64,000 nt of DNA from an uncultured delta proteobacterium. Its GTDB lineage: Bacteria > Desulfobacterota > RBG-13-43-22. Below the pieces are notes generated by a model. That model was not told the DNA's origin, ran no database searches, and was given only the letters and a program-made list of their open reading frames with translations. The DNA lies in contig CAWJJC010000006.1 of the NCBI GenBank assembly GCA_963843145.1, positions 1 to 64,000 on the forward strand. The letters run 5' to 3'. The translations under genes were made by a program, and so were the position numbers. This document shows positions 8,823-19,382 of the stretch, one piece after another (position 1 is the first letter of the stretch; each line of letters opens with the position of its first letter).

Positions 8823-9662
8823 ATGAAGGAACCGAACATCATCGTCTGCGCCAAACAGATACCGGACCCCGAGGCGCCTTTCTCGGACGTCCGGGTCGAT
8901 GTGGAAAAAATGGAAGTCATCGTCGACGCTCCCAACGTCATCAGCCCTTACGATGAAAACGCCCTGGAGGCCGCCATCCGAATCAAGGAGGAACTGGGGG
9001 GCAAGATCACCGTTCTCAGCCTGGGCCGGAAGGTGGCGGACACGGTGCTGCGCAAGACCCTGGCGGCCGGGGCCGACTCTTTGATACTCCTGGAAGACCC
9101 TTCCTTTGAGCGGCTGGACAGCAACTCCGTGGCCTATGTCCTTTCCCGAGCCATTCAGAAGATCGGCGCCTACGATCTGATCCTTACCGGCAGACAGGCC
9201 GGAGACTGGGACGCCGGGCAGGTGGGGCTTATCCTGGCCGAGTGGCTGGGAATTCCGGCCATCAATCTGGCCCGGTCGGTAAAAATTCAGGACGACCGGC
9301 TCCTGGTGGAAAAGACCGTGCCCGTAGGCTACGAGGTGGTGGAGACCGGATTGCCGGCCCTGGTCACGGTGAGTAACGAGGTGGGGGAGTTACGCTACGT
9401 TTCCCGGACCAAGATGATGGCCCTGCTCAAGCGCCCCATCCCGATCCCCAAGTGGGGGGCCAAAGACCTGGTGGACGACCCCGCCCGTCTGAAGCCGATC
9501 CAAATGCTGTCCCTGGCGCCGCCGGCGGACATGGGGCGGCAGTGCCTGATCATCGAGGGCGCCTCCCCGGAGGAAAAGGCGGAAAAGCTGGCTGCCGTGA
9601 TCATGGAGATACAGATGAAAGCCTGGAAGGTAAATACAAATTTAAAAATTCAAACCAAATGA
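8823..9662 (+). CDS. etfB: Electron transfer flavoprotein beta subunit
   Basis: IVCAKQIPD, SPYDENALEAA, GRQAGDWDAGQVG, LPALVTV. Confidence 0.93.
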   Translation: MKEPNIIVCAKQIPDPEAPFSDVRVDVEKMEVIVDAPNVISPYDENALEAAIRIKEELGGKITVLSLGRKVADTVLRKTLAAGADSLILLEDPSFERLDSNSVAYVLSRAIQKIGAYDLILTGRQAGDWDAGQVGLILAEWLGIPAINLARSVKIQDDRLLVEKTVPVGYEVVETGLPALVTVSNEVGELRYVSRTKMMALLKRPIPIPKWGAKDLVDDPARLKPIQMLSLAPPADMGRQCLIIEGASPEEKAEKLAAVIMEIQMKAWKVNTNLKIQTK

Positions 9663-9683
9663 ATATTATAGGGAGGTAAAGTC

Positions 9684-11325
9684 ATGCCTGACAAAACGTA
9701 CGATGCAATTATTATTGGGGGAGGACATCATGGAACCACGATAGCCCCCTATTTGGCCAAAGCGGGTTTGAAGGTGGGAGTATTTGAACGGCTGGACCAC
9801 CTGGGCGGTGGAGCGATCACGGAAGACCTCCCCTCACCGGGTTTCCGGGGGAACTTTTGCGCCCACTTCACCCGGTATTATGGTCACCCGGCCTATAAGG
9901 AATTCAACCTCCGGGACGAAGGCCTGGAATACACCTTTCCCGATACCAACGAAGCCATCATCTTCGACGACGGGACCAGTTACGTGGCCTACGCCGCCTT
10001 TACCGTGGTCGATCCCCAAACCGGCGAAAGTCGGTTCAACGAGACCAATGTCAAGAAGACCTACGACCAGATCGCCCGCTTTTCCAAGAAGGATGCGGAA
10101 ACCTATTTGGACCTGACGGAAAAATATAAGAACAAGTGGCGGGCCGCCTTCCATAAGCACCGTTATTCGCCCCCCACACCCTACGGTGTGCCCGATGCCC
10201 TGGAAGAATTGTGTAACGACCCCCAGAGCGGCCTGGATGTGCCCATGCAGTTTATGACTTGCAAGCAGATCGCCCGTTACTTCTTCGAGAGCGACGAACT
10301 GCGCATCCTGACCCTGCGGGGCTATCTGACCTCCTGGGGCTGTTTTCCGGACGACGTGCCCGGCCTGATGGTCACCATCGCCACCATTCACCTGACCCTG
10401 GGCTGGGAACCGGCCGCCATCGCCAAGGGGGGGACCGGGGCCATCACCAGCGCCCTGGTTTCGGCCGGCCGCAAACTGGGGGTGGAGTATCATCTCAATT
10501 CCGAGGTTCAGCGAGTGCTCCTTGATAACGGCCGGGCCACAGGCCTCAAACTGCTGGACGGGACGGAGGTGACGGCCAAGCAACTGGTGGTCTCGGACAA
10601 CGCCTCGCCCGCAGCTCTTTCTGCGGCTCATCGGCGAAGACCGGATTACCGAGGACATGAAGCGCAAGGCCCGCGTCTATCAGTTCGACCGAGGCGAGCT
10701 GTTCTGGGGCACGGTGGGGGTCCACGAACTGCCCAATTACACGGCGGCCAAGGACAACCCCGACGTGAACGCCACCCCCCGCACCTATTTCGCCCCCAAG
10801 GACCTGGGCTTCATGGAAGACAAATACCAGCACGAGATCTTCTTGTTCGGCATGCCCTCCAAGATGTTCATCCTGACCGCCCCGGACAGCATCTGGGACC
10901 GCAGCCGGGTGCCCGAGGGGAAATATTCCCTGCACGTCGAAGAGTTCACCTGCCCGGCCCGCCTCTTCTCCCGTAAGGAATGGAAGCAGATGACCCAGGA
11001 ATTCGTGGACGTGCTCTTCGAGCGTTGGGCCGAGTACGCCCCCAACATGACCAAGGATAATCTGATCGTGCAGCGAATCACCAACCCCACGGACATTCAG
11101 GACACGCACCTGGACATGCGGGAAGGGGGCTGGTGTGAAGGCAACGTGGCCGGCGTGCAGAACGGGCGCTTCCGGGGTCTGCCCGGCGGGTACCGGACCT
11201 TCATCCCGAACCTGTACATGTGCTCTTCCGGCGTGTACGGGGGGCCGGGCATCGGACGCGGTTCGAGCTATAACTGCTATAAAATGATTGCCGAAGACCT
11301 GAAGCTGCCGATGCCGAAATACTAA
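9684..11325 (+). CDS. Phytoene desaturase-family (COG1233) FAD-dependent oxidoreductase, about 546 aa, split by a single extra base near 10608-10610
   Basis: IIGGGHHG...ERLDHLGGG FAD motif; C-terminal YRTFIPNLYMCSSGVYGGPGI. Removing one C from TCGCCCGCAG joins ORFs 9684-10976 and 10657-11325 (SDNASPQLFLRLIGEDRITEDMKRK). Confidence 0.82.
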
Positions 11326-11349
11326 ACTTCGAAGACGAATACCGAGATC

Positions 11350-11396
11350 AAATTTGAAGCACGAAATCTAGAATGTGGATTTCGTGCTTCAAATTT
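11350..11396. repeat. Perfect 19-bp inverted repeat in an intergenic spacer
   Basis: AAATTTGAAGCACGAAATC-9 nt-GATTTCGTGCTTCAAATTT. Shares GAAGCACGAAATC with the element at 56.0-56.2 kb. Confidence 0.85.
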
Positions 11397-11438
11397 CAAA
11401 TTTTACTTTTTATATTTTCCTTAGGTTTGAGGAACACC

Positions 11439-14111
11439 ATGCAGGCGATAAATTTCCAGGTTAACGGCATCCCGCGCAGGGTAATTACCGATCCTCAGCG
11501 AAAGCTCAGCGAAGTCCTGCGGAGAGATTTGAAGTTAACGGGCACCAAGGAAGGCTGTAAAGAGGGGCACTGCGGCACCTGTACCGTCCTTCTGGATGGT
11601 CAGGCCGTTTTGGCCTGCAAGGTCCCGGTCACCAAGGTTCGCGGCCGGGCGGTGACCACCATCGAAGGGCTGGGCACTCCCGACCGGCCTCATCCGCTGC
11701 AAATGGCTTTTGCCAAGGCCGGGGCCATTCAATGCGGGTTCTGTACCCCGGGCCTGATCCTCCGCTCCCAAGCCCTGCTCACAAAAAATCCGTCGCCTTC
11801 CCGGACGGAAATCCAAAGCGCCCTGCAGCCTCATCTCTGCCGTTGCACCGGTTACCAAAAGGTCTTCGAGGCCGTCGAATTGGCCGCCGCGGTCCTACGC
11901 GGGGAAAGAGGCCCGATCTCCCTGCAAACGGAAGGGGACCTCATCGGCCAGCCGGTGGTCCGCGGCGATGCCCTGAACAAGGCCACCGGCACGACCCTCT
12001 ACGCCGACGACATCGCCGTGGAAGAATGCTGCACCCTGAAGGTATTGCGTAGTCCTTACCCCCATGCCCAGATCCTGGAGATCGACAAGGCCGCGGCTGA
12101 GCGGGCCCCCGGGGTCCTGGCGGTCCTCACCGCGGCGGATGTGGGCGGGACCAATATCCTCAAGATGGCCGGGGACGATCAACCCTTGCTCTGCGGGGAC
12201 AAAGTACGCTACATCGGCGACCCCGTGGCCGCCGTGGCGGCCCGGTCCGAGGAGGAGGCCCGCCTGGCCCTGAACTTGGTCAAGGTGACCTATAAACCGC
12301 TCGAACCCCTGATGACCCCCCGGGAGGCGTTGGCGAAAGGCGCCCCCCGGGTGCACGACGATCGGGAAAACCTGTTTTTTCAGCAACCGATTATCTTTGG
12401 CGGGGCCGAGAAGGGCCGCCTGGAAACTGCGTTTACCGTCGAGGCCCGCTACACCACGCAGACGGTCGATCACGCCTACCTCGAGCCGGATTCCGGCATC
12501 GCTTTCATTCACGAAAACGGTCAACTGGTGATCGTTTCCGGGAGCCAGAATATCCATGCCCACCGCAAGACCATCGCCGGGGCCATCGGACTTAACCTGG
12601 AGCAGGTCCGGGTGATCCAACCGCCCATGGGGGGCGCTTTCGGGGGACATCTCGACGTCTCCGTGGGCGGCCTGATCGCCCTGGCCGCCTGGAAACTACA
12701 AAAACCGGTGAAACTGGTTTTCACCCGGGCGGAGACCTTCCAGGCCACCACCAAGCGGCACCCTTTTTACCTGGACTTCAAAATCGGGGCCGCCAAGGAC
12801 GGCACCTTTACCGGCCTGGAGGTCGATCTGCTGGCCGACGGCGGGGCCTACAAGTCTTTTTCCAACAGCGTCACCACCCGGGGGCTGGTTCACGCCAGCG
12901 GTCCCTATCGCTTTCCTCAGGCCCATCTGCTCGGGCGGTCTGTTTACACCAACACGGTGGTCCGGGGCGCCATGCGGGGCTTCGGCGTTCCCCAGACCAT
13001 CTTTGCCCTGGAATCGGCGGTGGACGAGCTGGCCCTGAAAATGGGGATCGATCCGCTGGAACTGCGCCTCAAAAACGCCTTTATCCCCGGCGATACGACC
13101 GTCTGCGGACAGGCCCTCACCGATGCCTTCGGCTATCGGGAGTGCCTGGAGACCCTGCGGCCCCATTACCGGCGGGCCCTGGATGAGGCCCGAACCCAGG
13201 GGACCGCGGAGGTGAAGCGCGGTGTGGGACTGGCCGGCATCTGGTTCGGTCCCGGGCGCAGCGCCCCCGATCAGTCCGAGGCTTGGGCCGAGCTGCTTCC
13301 GGACGATCGGCTCCAGGTCTGGATCGGCGCGGCCGACATGGGTCAGGGGGCGGAGACCCTGTTCTGGCAGGTGGCCGCCCAGACCATGGCCTTTCCCCTG
13401 GAGCGGGTCCAGGTCTGCACCACCGACACCCGCTTAACGCCGGACGGCAACTTTTCAGCGGGCAGCCGCCAGACCTATGTCTCGGGCCGGGCCGTCCAGA
13501 TGGCGGTCGAGGAATTGAAAAACGCCATGGAGGCCCACGGGGTCGCCAACTATGAACAGATGAAGGCCAAGGACCTGCCCATGATCTACAAGGCGATCAA
13601 CCGGACTGAAACCACCAAGCTCGACCCGGAAGACGGCCAGGGTGTGCCCTGGGAGACGTACTCCTTCGGGGTCCAGATGGCGGAGGTGGCGGTGGAGATG
13701 ATGACCGGAAAGATCAAGGTATTGAAGGTGACCGCGGTAAGCGACCTGGGCACGGTGATCAACCGCCAGATCGTGGAGGGCCAGATCGAAGGCGCGATCG
13801 TCATGGGCCTGGGCTACGCGCTGTCGGAAGAATTCGTCTACAACGTGACCGACAGTTTCGCCAAATTCCGGATCCCGCGGGCCAAGGACGCCCCCCGCAT
13901 GGAAGTGATCACCCTGGACATTCCTCGGAAGAAAGGTCCTTTCGGGGCGTCGGGCACGGCCGAATATGCCGATGCCCCCACGGCCCCGGCTATTATGAAT
14001 GCCGTCGCCCAGGCTTGCGGTGCCCGTATCCGGGACCTGCCGGCAACCCCCGAAAGAGTCAGAGAGGCCCTGAGGGGAATTTTGGACGCAAATGAACGCA
14101 GATTGTCATGA
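11439..14111 (+). CDS. Single-chain molybdopterin aldehyde oxidoreductase (xanthine oxidase family, Desulfovibrio Mop-like; two 2Fe-2S plus Mo domain, no FAD domain)
   Basis: GCKEGHCGTC...AC, QCGFCTPG, LCRCTGY, GGAFGG, AMRGFGVPQ, GSRQT, GQIEG. ATG at 11439 follows GAGGA. Confidence 0.9.
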   Translation: MQAINFQVNGIPRRVITDPQRKLSEVLRRDLKLTGTKEGCKEGHCGTCTVLLDGQAVLACKVPVTKVRGRAVTTIEGLGTPDRPHPLQMAFAKAGAIQCGFCTPGLILRSQALLTKNPSPSRTEIQSALQPHLCRCTGYQKVFEAVELAAAVLRGERGPISLQTEGDLIGQPVVRGDALNKATGTTLYADDIAVEECCTLKVLRSPYPHAQILEIDKAAAERAPGVLAVLTAADVGGTNILKMAGDDQPLLCGDKVRYIGDPVAAVAARSEEEARLALNLVKVTYKPLEPLMTPREALAKGAPRVHDDRENLFFQQPIIFGGAEKGRLETAFTVEARYTTQTVDHAYLEPDSGIAFIHENGQLVIVSGSQNIHAHRKTIAGAIGLNLEQVRVIQPPMGGAFGGHLDVSVGGLIALAAWKLQKPVKLVFTRAETFQATTKRHPFYLDFKIGAAKDGTFTGLEVDLLADGGAYKSFSNSVTTRGLVHASGPYRFPQAHLLGRSVYTNTVVRGAMRGFGVPQTIFALESAVDELALKMGIDPLELRLKNAFIPGDTTVCGQALTDAFGYRECLETLRPHYRRALDEARTQGTAEVKRGVGLAGIWFGPGRSAPDQSEAWAELLPDDRLQVWIGAADMGQGAETLFWQVAAQTMAFPLERVQVCTTDTRLTPDGNFSAGSRQTYVSGRAVQMAVEELKNAMEAHGVANYEQMKAKDLPMIYKAINRTETTKLDPEDGQGVPWETYSFGVQMAEVAVEMMTGKIKVLKVTAVSDLGTVINRQIVEGQIEGAIVMGLGYALSEEFVYNVTDSFAKFRIPRAKDAPRMEVITLDIPRKKGPFGASGTAEYADAPTAPAIMNAVAQACGARIRDLPATPERVREALRGILDANERRLS

Positions 14112-14224
14112 TTGTTGATAGAGGAGTTATCTGCGGCTATCAACGAAAATCTGAGTCCTGATTAAACCGGGTGGGCGAAAGTATCACGACTCTTTGCCCT
14201 TCCCCGGTCCTTAATCGTTTCAGC

Positions 14225-15457
14225 TTATCGCTTGCTCCAGGGCGGCGCAATGAGGAATTTGGCTGTGGCAACGTCAGGCGGAGAGACGAGCTCATTTTTG
14301 CCGTTCTGCCATTGGCGCAGCCCGTATTTGACGATCCCGGTCCCATTGGATCTGAATTTCACCGGCCCGCGGACGGTTACCATATTGGTGGCCCCTATGG
14401 CTGCTCTGAGTTTCTCTCTGTCCAGGCTTCCTGCTCTTTCTATCGAATCGGTAAGAATCTGCACCACCGCATAGGCCGCGCCCACTGGGAGTCCTATGTT
14501 TTTTTCCTGGGGGAAAGCGGCGTGGTAGTCCTGAACCAATTTTTTGTTGTTAGGATAGGGCATATTCTCCTGCCAGTTGCCGTCAGAGAGAATGTAGTTG
14601 GCGTCCGCACCGAGGGCATCCCAGTAGGTGGTCAGATCCGGCCCTCTTATGAGGGAAGTCACTTTAGGAGCATAGTCGAGCTGTTTCATCTGACGGACCA
14701 GAACTATGCTCTGCGGCGGCGTGGGAACAGAATACAAGGCATCCGCTCCGGCAGCTTTAGCCGCCAGAATAAGGGAGGAAAAATCATTAGCGGCGGACGC
14801 AAATTTTTGATCCACCACAACAGCGTAACCTTTAGCCTTGGCAAGTTCACGCAGATATTTTCCGGACTCCAACCCCCAGTCACTCTGTTCTTCGAAGTAG
14901 GCTATCTTGGTAGGCCTCTCATTCTTGGGGATCGAATCCAGGATGTCGAAGAAGGCCTTCACCTGATCGCTGCTCATGGAAAAAGGGGCAAAGATATACT
15001 TGAATCCCCTCTTGAATGGTCCTTCAACAGCGATGGTCACGCCGATCCAGGGCACCTTATTCTTTTCGCCCGCAGACAATCCAGCCACATTGAGCAGCGA
15101 TGAATACCCGCCCAAGTAAGCCACGACGTTATCAACAGAATAAAGCTTGTCGAGTCTCGCCGTCGTTTTCACCGGATCAGATTCATCATCCAGCACGATC
15201 AACTCTATGGGCAGTTTTTTCCCCAGATCTTTCACCATAACCCCGCCCTTAGCATTGATGTGCTTCACGGCGATCTCATATCCCGCCTTCAAATCTTTTC
15301 CCCCCGAAGCCATCCGGCCGGTCAAGGACACTACAGTACCGATCTTGATGCTCTGAGGGGCAGGCTGGGCGGAACCGGTCGTGTAAGCGAAAAGGACCGC
15401 CGACAACAGCAAAACGGCAATCCACAACGACTTCCCAATCGGCATCTTTCTTTTCAT
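14225..15457 (-). CDS. LIV-type ABC transporter substrate-binding protein (transporter 2)
   Basis: Sec-type signal peptide, IKIGTVVSLTG, HINAKGG, DDESDP; last gene of a liv-type cluster. Confidence 0.88.
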   Translation of the reverse strand: MKRKMPIGKSLWIAVLLLSAVLFAYTTGSAQPAPQSIKIGTVVSLTGRMASGGKDLKAGYEIAVKHINAKGGVMVKDLGKKLPIELIVLDDESDPVKTTARLDKLYSVDNVVAYLGGYSSLLNVAGLSAGEKNKVPWIGVTIAVEGPFKRGFKYIFAPFSMSSDQVKAFFDILDSIPKNERPTKIAYFEEQSDWGLESGKYLRELAKAKGYAVVVDQKFASAANDFSSLILAAKAAGADALYSVPTPPQSIVLVRQMKQLDYAPKVTSLIRGPDLTTYWDALGADANYILSDGNWQENMPYPNNKKLVQDYHAAFPQEKNIGLPVGAAYAVVQILTDSIERAGSLDREKLRAAIGATNMVTVRGPVKFRSNGTGIVKYGLRQWQNGKNELVSPPDVATAKFLIAPPWSKR

Positions 15458-15511
15458 TTTCTTCTCCTTTTTTGTAGTACCTGCTTTTTTTGAATTGCCG
15501 GATGACTTAAC

Positions 15512-16438
15512 TTAGTACCTTTTAGAAGCTGGTCTTCCTTTTGTCGCCATCCCCACGAGACCTCCAGGCAGAAAGAGCACGATAACGATAAATACGACGC
15601 CAAAGATGAGCACATTGATCTGGCCCAGGTTGATGGCAAAGATCTCCTTCAAGATGACGTAGCCGACAGCACCGATGATGGTCTGGTATGGTGCCTGCCC
15701 CTCCGATGAAAACGATCAGCACCGGGTCGAAGGACCACACGAGGTCAAAGGGGACATAGTAATAGTAGCTCACATAATAATAGGCAAAAAGCCCTCCGGC
15801 CAATCCAGCGATAAAGGTGCTGAGCCCCATGGCTATCACCTTAAACTTGATCACGCTAATACCTGTCGCGGCCGCTGCTTCTTCATCTTCGCGGACGCAG
15901 AGCATGGCCAGCCCCAACTTGGAACGGTTAATCCCGTATACACCGGCGATGGTCAGTATGACCACTCTGAAGGCCGTGTAAAACCGGGATACCGGATTGT
16001 ATCCCGCAGACATGACAATCGCGGACAAAAAGTCCACCCCGGGCAGCACATTCTGAACAGTAATCAAGGCAATCATGGCGACTCCAAGGGTGCCGATGGA
16101 AAAGTAATGGGCCCCTCAATCGTAAGGTAGGCAGACCGATCATGCAGGCCAAAATGAGGGCTGAACAGGGCTCCGCACAATAAGGCTATGGGGAAGGGGT
16201 AGCCGGCTACCCAGACGGCGCGGCAGCAAAGCGAGCCCATGCCGAAAAAGGCGGCCTGTCCCAGGTTGACTGCGATTTACAGTACCCCCCGAGAAGGTTC
16301 CAGCTATGGATAATATGGTATATAAGCAGAGCATGAAAAGGATGTTCAAGATATACTCGCTTTTTATAAAAATGGGCACCAGGCCAACGGCTGTACTTGC
16401 AAAATCATTATGGATTTTTTGTTTATGTTTGCCATCAT
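15512..16438 (-). pseudogene. LivM-type permease (transporter 2) with several frameshifts
   Basis: Fragments in different frames: YILNILFMLCLYTILS, SKLGLAMLCVREDEEAAAATGI, SFDPVLIVFIGGAGTI, FIVIVLFLPGGLVG. Confidence 0.75.
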
Positions 16439-17304
16439 GACTTTCTCCCCATCAACCCCTGGGGCCGGAGTAGAAGAAAAAATACAAAAAAGCACCAGAC
16501 CGATGACCTCACGGTAGGCGGCTCAGAAAAAGAACGCCAGTGGCCTCGGCAATACCGAGGGACAGGCCGCCCAACAGGACCCCGTAAACGCTTCCAACCC
16601 CGGCAAGGACTACGACCACCAGGGCCTTGTTCGTCAACTCAAACGAGACCGTGGGCTGAAGGATGATAAAGAGACCAAGACGCCCGGCACGGCAGCCAGA
16701 GCCACACCGATTCCGAAAGAGACCAGATAGGTGAGCCCGACGTTGATACCCATCATGGCCGCGGCTTCGTGGTCCTGGGATGCGGCCCGAATGCCTTTGC
16801 CGAAATAAGTCCTGGCCAGAAAGAAGTCGAGGAAGATGGTGACCAGCACGGCAAAACTGACCGCGCCGATACCGATATAGGGTATGCGCAGGCCGAAACC
16901 CAAGACGAGGCCGGCATAATCAGGGGTTACGGCCCTTTCATCGGCTGTCCAGTAGATGGTGGCCAGGTTGGAGAGGATCAGAAGAAGGCCGAACAGATCG
17001 AAAGGGGAATTTTTGGTCTTCTGACCTTCGGGAAACCCCTTAAAGAGGATCAAAGAGGATTTTGTAAAGGATCAGACCCAGAATAAAAAAGGCCGGGGTT
17101 ATGATCACTACCGAAAGGAAGGGGTCTATCTTCAACAGATGGACGAGCCAGAAACAGGCATAAACTTGCCCCCATGATGAGGGCGCCATGGGCTACGTTC
17201 AAATAGCTCATGACCCCGAAAACGAGTGACAGCCCCAGACCGACCGCCCCGTAAAGGGCCCCGTTAATCAGGCCGTATAAAAGAATCTGAAGGGTAGTGA
17301 CCAT
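16435..17304 (-). pseudogene. LivH-type permease (transporter 2) with several frameshifts
   Basis: GLINGALYGAVGLGLSLVFGVMSYLNVAHG in one frame, RTYFGKGIRAASQDHEAAAMMGIN in another; the C-terminal LLRPQGLMGRKS is in a further segment. Confidence 0.75.
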
Positions 17305-17309
17305 ATCTT

Positions 17310-18019
17310 TTAGCTAAGAGCCAAATAGGCATTTTTGACCTGTTCATTGTTCAGAAGTTCCTTGGCCATTCCCTGGGCGACAATGCGCCCATTTTCTATT
17401 ACATATCCTTTGTGGGCTACATCCAGGGCCAATCGCACATTTTGTTCGACGAGGAGTATGGTCATGTTCAGTGCCCGGTTTATTTCCTGGAGGGTTTTAT
17501 AGATGCTCTGCACAACGATCTGGCGCCAGCCCGAGGGAAACCTCGTCCACGAGCAGGAGTTTAGGCCGGGACATAAGCCCCCGGGCAATGGCCAACATCT
17601 GTTGCTCTCCACCGCTCAAGGTACGGGCTGTCTGCCCGGTCCTGTCCTTGAGTTGGAAGGTTGAAAGTAACCCACTCCAGGGTTTCCTCTTTAGCCTTTC
17701 TGGCACTTTTAATATAGGCGCCCATTTCAAGGTTCTCAAGCACCGTCATCTCAGGAAAGAGCCGGCGGCCTTCCGGCACAAGGGAAATCCCCAGTCTTAC
17801 CCTGTCCTGGGGGGGCATCTTCTGGATCTGCTCGTCTTCTATCGTGATCGTCCCTTTTTCAGGTTTCAAAAAACCGGATATAGCCCGGAGCACGCTGCTT
17901 TTCCCGGAGCCATTGGACCCGATGAGGGCGACGATCTCTTCTTTTTTCACGGTCAGCGAAATATCCCATAACGCCTGGAAATCCAGATAGTGGGCATCGA
18001 CCTTTTCTACTTTAAGCAC
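17310..18019 (-). pseudogene. LivF-type ABC ATPase (transporter 2) with at least two frameshifts
   Basis: GSNGSGKS (17561-18019), [26 protein letters not shown] (17497-17739) and ILLVEQN (17310-17612) are in three different frames. Confidence 0.8.
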
Positions 18020-18743
18020 AGAAGTTTTCTCCCAAATAGGCTTCGCAGACCCTTTTATCTTCTATGGCCTTCCGGGGCAAGCCTTCAAATATCTTAACGC
18101 CGGAACTGATGACCATTACCCTGTCGGAAACACCGAGGATGACCTTGATGACATGTTCAACAATCATCAAGGAAATTCCTAGGGCCTTGATCGCGGCAAT
18201 GAGTCGGAGCGCCTCTTCCACCTCGGTATGATTCAAACCGGCAAAAACCTCGTCCAACAGAAGGAGCGTAGGCCTTGTCGCCAGGGCCCGGGCTATTTCG
18301 AGCCTTTTCCGGTCGATAAGGGTGAGTCGGCCGGCCGGAACCTTTATTTTATTTCCCAATCCAACCAGGTCCAGTATCTCTGCCGCTTCTTTTACCGCCT
18401 CTTTGAGCCTCCTGGCCGGCTCACTGCCGTAAGCCCTTCCGGCAGCCACATTTTCCAGCGTGGTCAACTGGAGAAAGGGTCTGACAATCTGAAACGTCCG
18501 GGCTATACCTTTTTGGCAGACGCTGGAAGCATTCCGGTTCGTTATATCTTCACCCAAAAAGGTCAGAGTACCCCTCTCCGGTTTGAGAAAGCCGGATATC
18601 ATGTTGAATAGCGTGGTCTTTCCCGAACCGTTCGGCCCGATAATTCCCAACGTCTCCCCGCCCTTAAGTGTGAAGGAGATATCGGCAATCACTGAGAGGC
18701 CGCCGAAGGATTTGGCCAACTTCCTTGCTTCTAAAAGGGCCAT
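18012..18743 (-). CDS. LivG-type ABC ATPase (transporter 2)
   Basis: GPNGSGKTT, GIARTFQ, LLLLDE, IVEH. Confidence 0.9.
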   Translation of the reverse strand: MALLEARKLAKSFGGLSVIADISFTLKGGETLGIIGPNGSGKTTLFNMISGFLKPERGTLTFLGEDITNRNASSVCQKGIARTFQIVRPFLQLTTLENVAAGRAYGSEPARRLKEAVKEAAEILDLVGLGNKIKVPAGRLTLIDRKRLEIARALATRPTLLLLDEVFAGLNHTEVEEALRLIAAIKALGISLMIVEHVIKVILGVSDRVMVISSGVKIFEGLPRKAIEDKRVCEAYLGENFCA

Positions 18744-18794
18744 GCCCTCGCCATCCTTCATGGGATAATAAGGCACTTTATCGGTTTCCCTAAT

Positions 18795-19319
18795 CTAACA
18801 AATTTTTCTAAATGAAGCCAGGTACCGTTGCGCTAGTTCTTGGTAAAAGGCCAGACCTTCTCTGATTTGCACTATCTGTTCTGGACGCAATGCTTGAACA
18901 ATTTTGGCGGGGGAACCTATAACAAGACTTCCTTCAGGAATTTCCTTGTTAAAGGGGACAAAGCTACCCGCCCCTATAATGCAGCGGGAATGAATAGTGA
19001 CCCCATCGGCAATGATCGCCCCCATCCCTACCAAAACCTGGCTGTGAATTTCACAGCCATGGAGGATACTGCCATGACCGATATGGCTATCCTGGTGCAG
19101 TCGGGTGGTTTTTTCTGGAAAAGTATGGATGACTACGTTTTCCTGGACGTTGGAACCTTCGCCGATCCAAATGGTACCGATATCGCCCCGAAGAACAGCG
19201 CCCGCCCCGAGATAACAACCGGCCTCAACTCGGACATCACCGATCAATACGGCCTCAGGATGTACAAAAGTTCTGAGATCGACCCGGGGCCGCTTTCCTT
19301 CAAATTCATAAAAAGCCAC
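18795..19319 (-). CDS. Gamma-class carbonic anhydrase family protein (PaaY/CaiE-like)
   Basis: Hexapeptide repeats, LIGDV, VLRGD, NVQENVVIH, IGHGSILHGC, GSPAK. Confidence 0.9.
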   Translation of the reverse strand: MAFYEFEGKRPRVDLRTFVHPEAVLIGDVRVEAGCYLGAGAVLRGDIGTIWIGEGSNVQENVVIHTFPEKTTRLHQDSHIGHGSILHGCEIHSQVLVGMGAIIADGVTIHSRCIIGAGSFVPFNKEIPEGSLVIGSPAKIVQALRPEQIVQIREGLAFYQELAQRYLASFRKIC

Positions 19320-19382
19320 GATAATCCAGTCCGGGGGTAAGAGAGAAAAAGAGGAATAACCGAATTCTTGGTTCTGCCCCTC

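Noticed and set aside
9684-11325. Carotenoid biosynthesis (crtI)
   Set aside because: No crtB/crtE nearby, and the context is ETF-linked catabolism.
14171-15103. 310-aa plus-strand ORF
   Set aside because: Antisense shadow of the clear binding-protein gene 14225-15457; no motifs or RBS.
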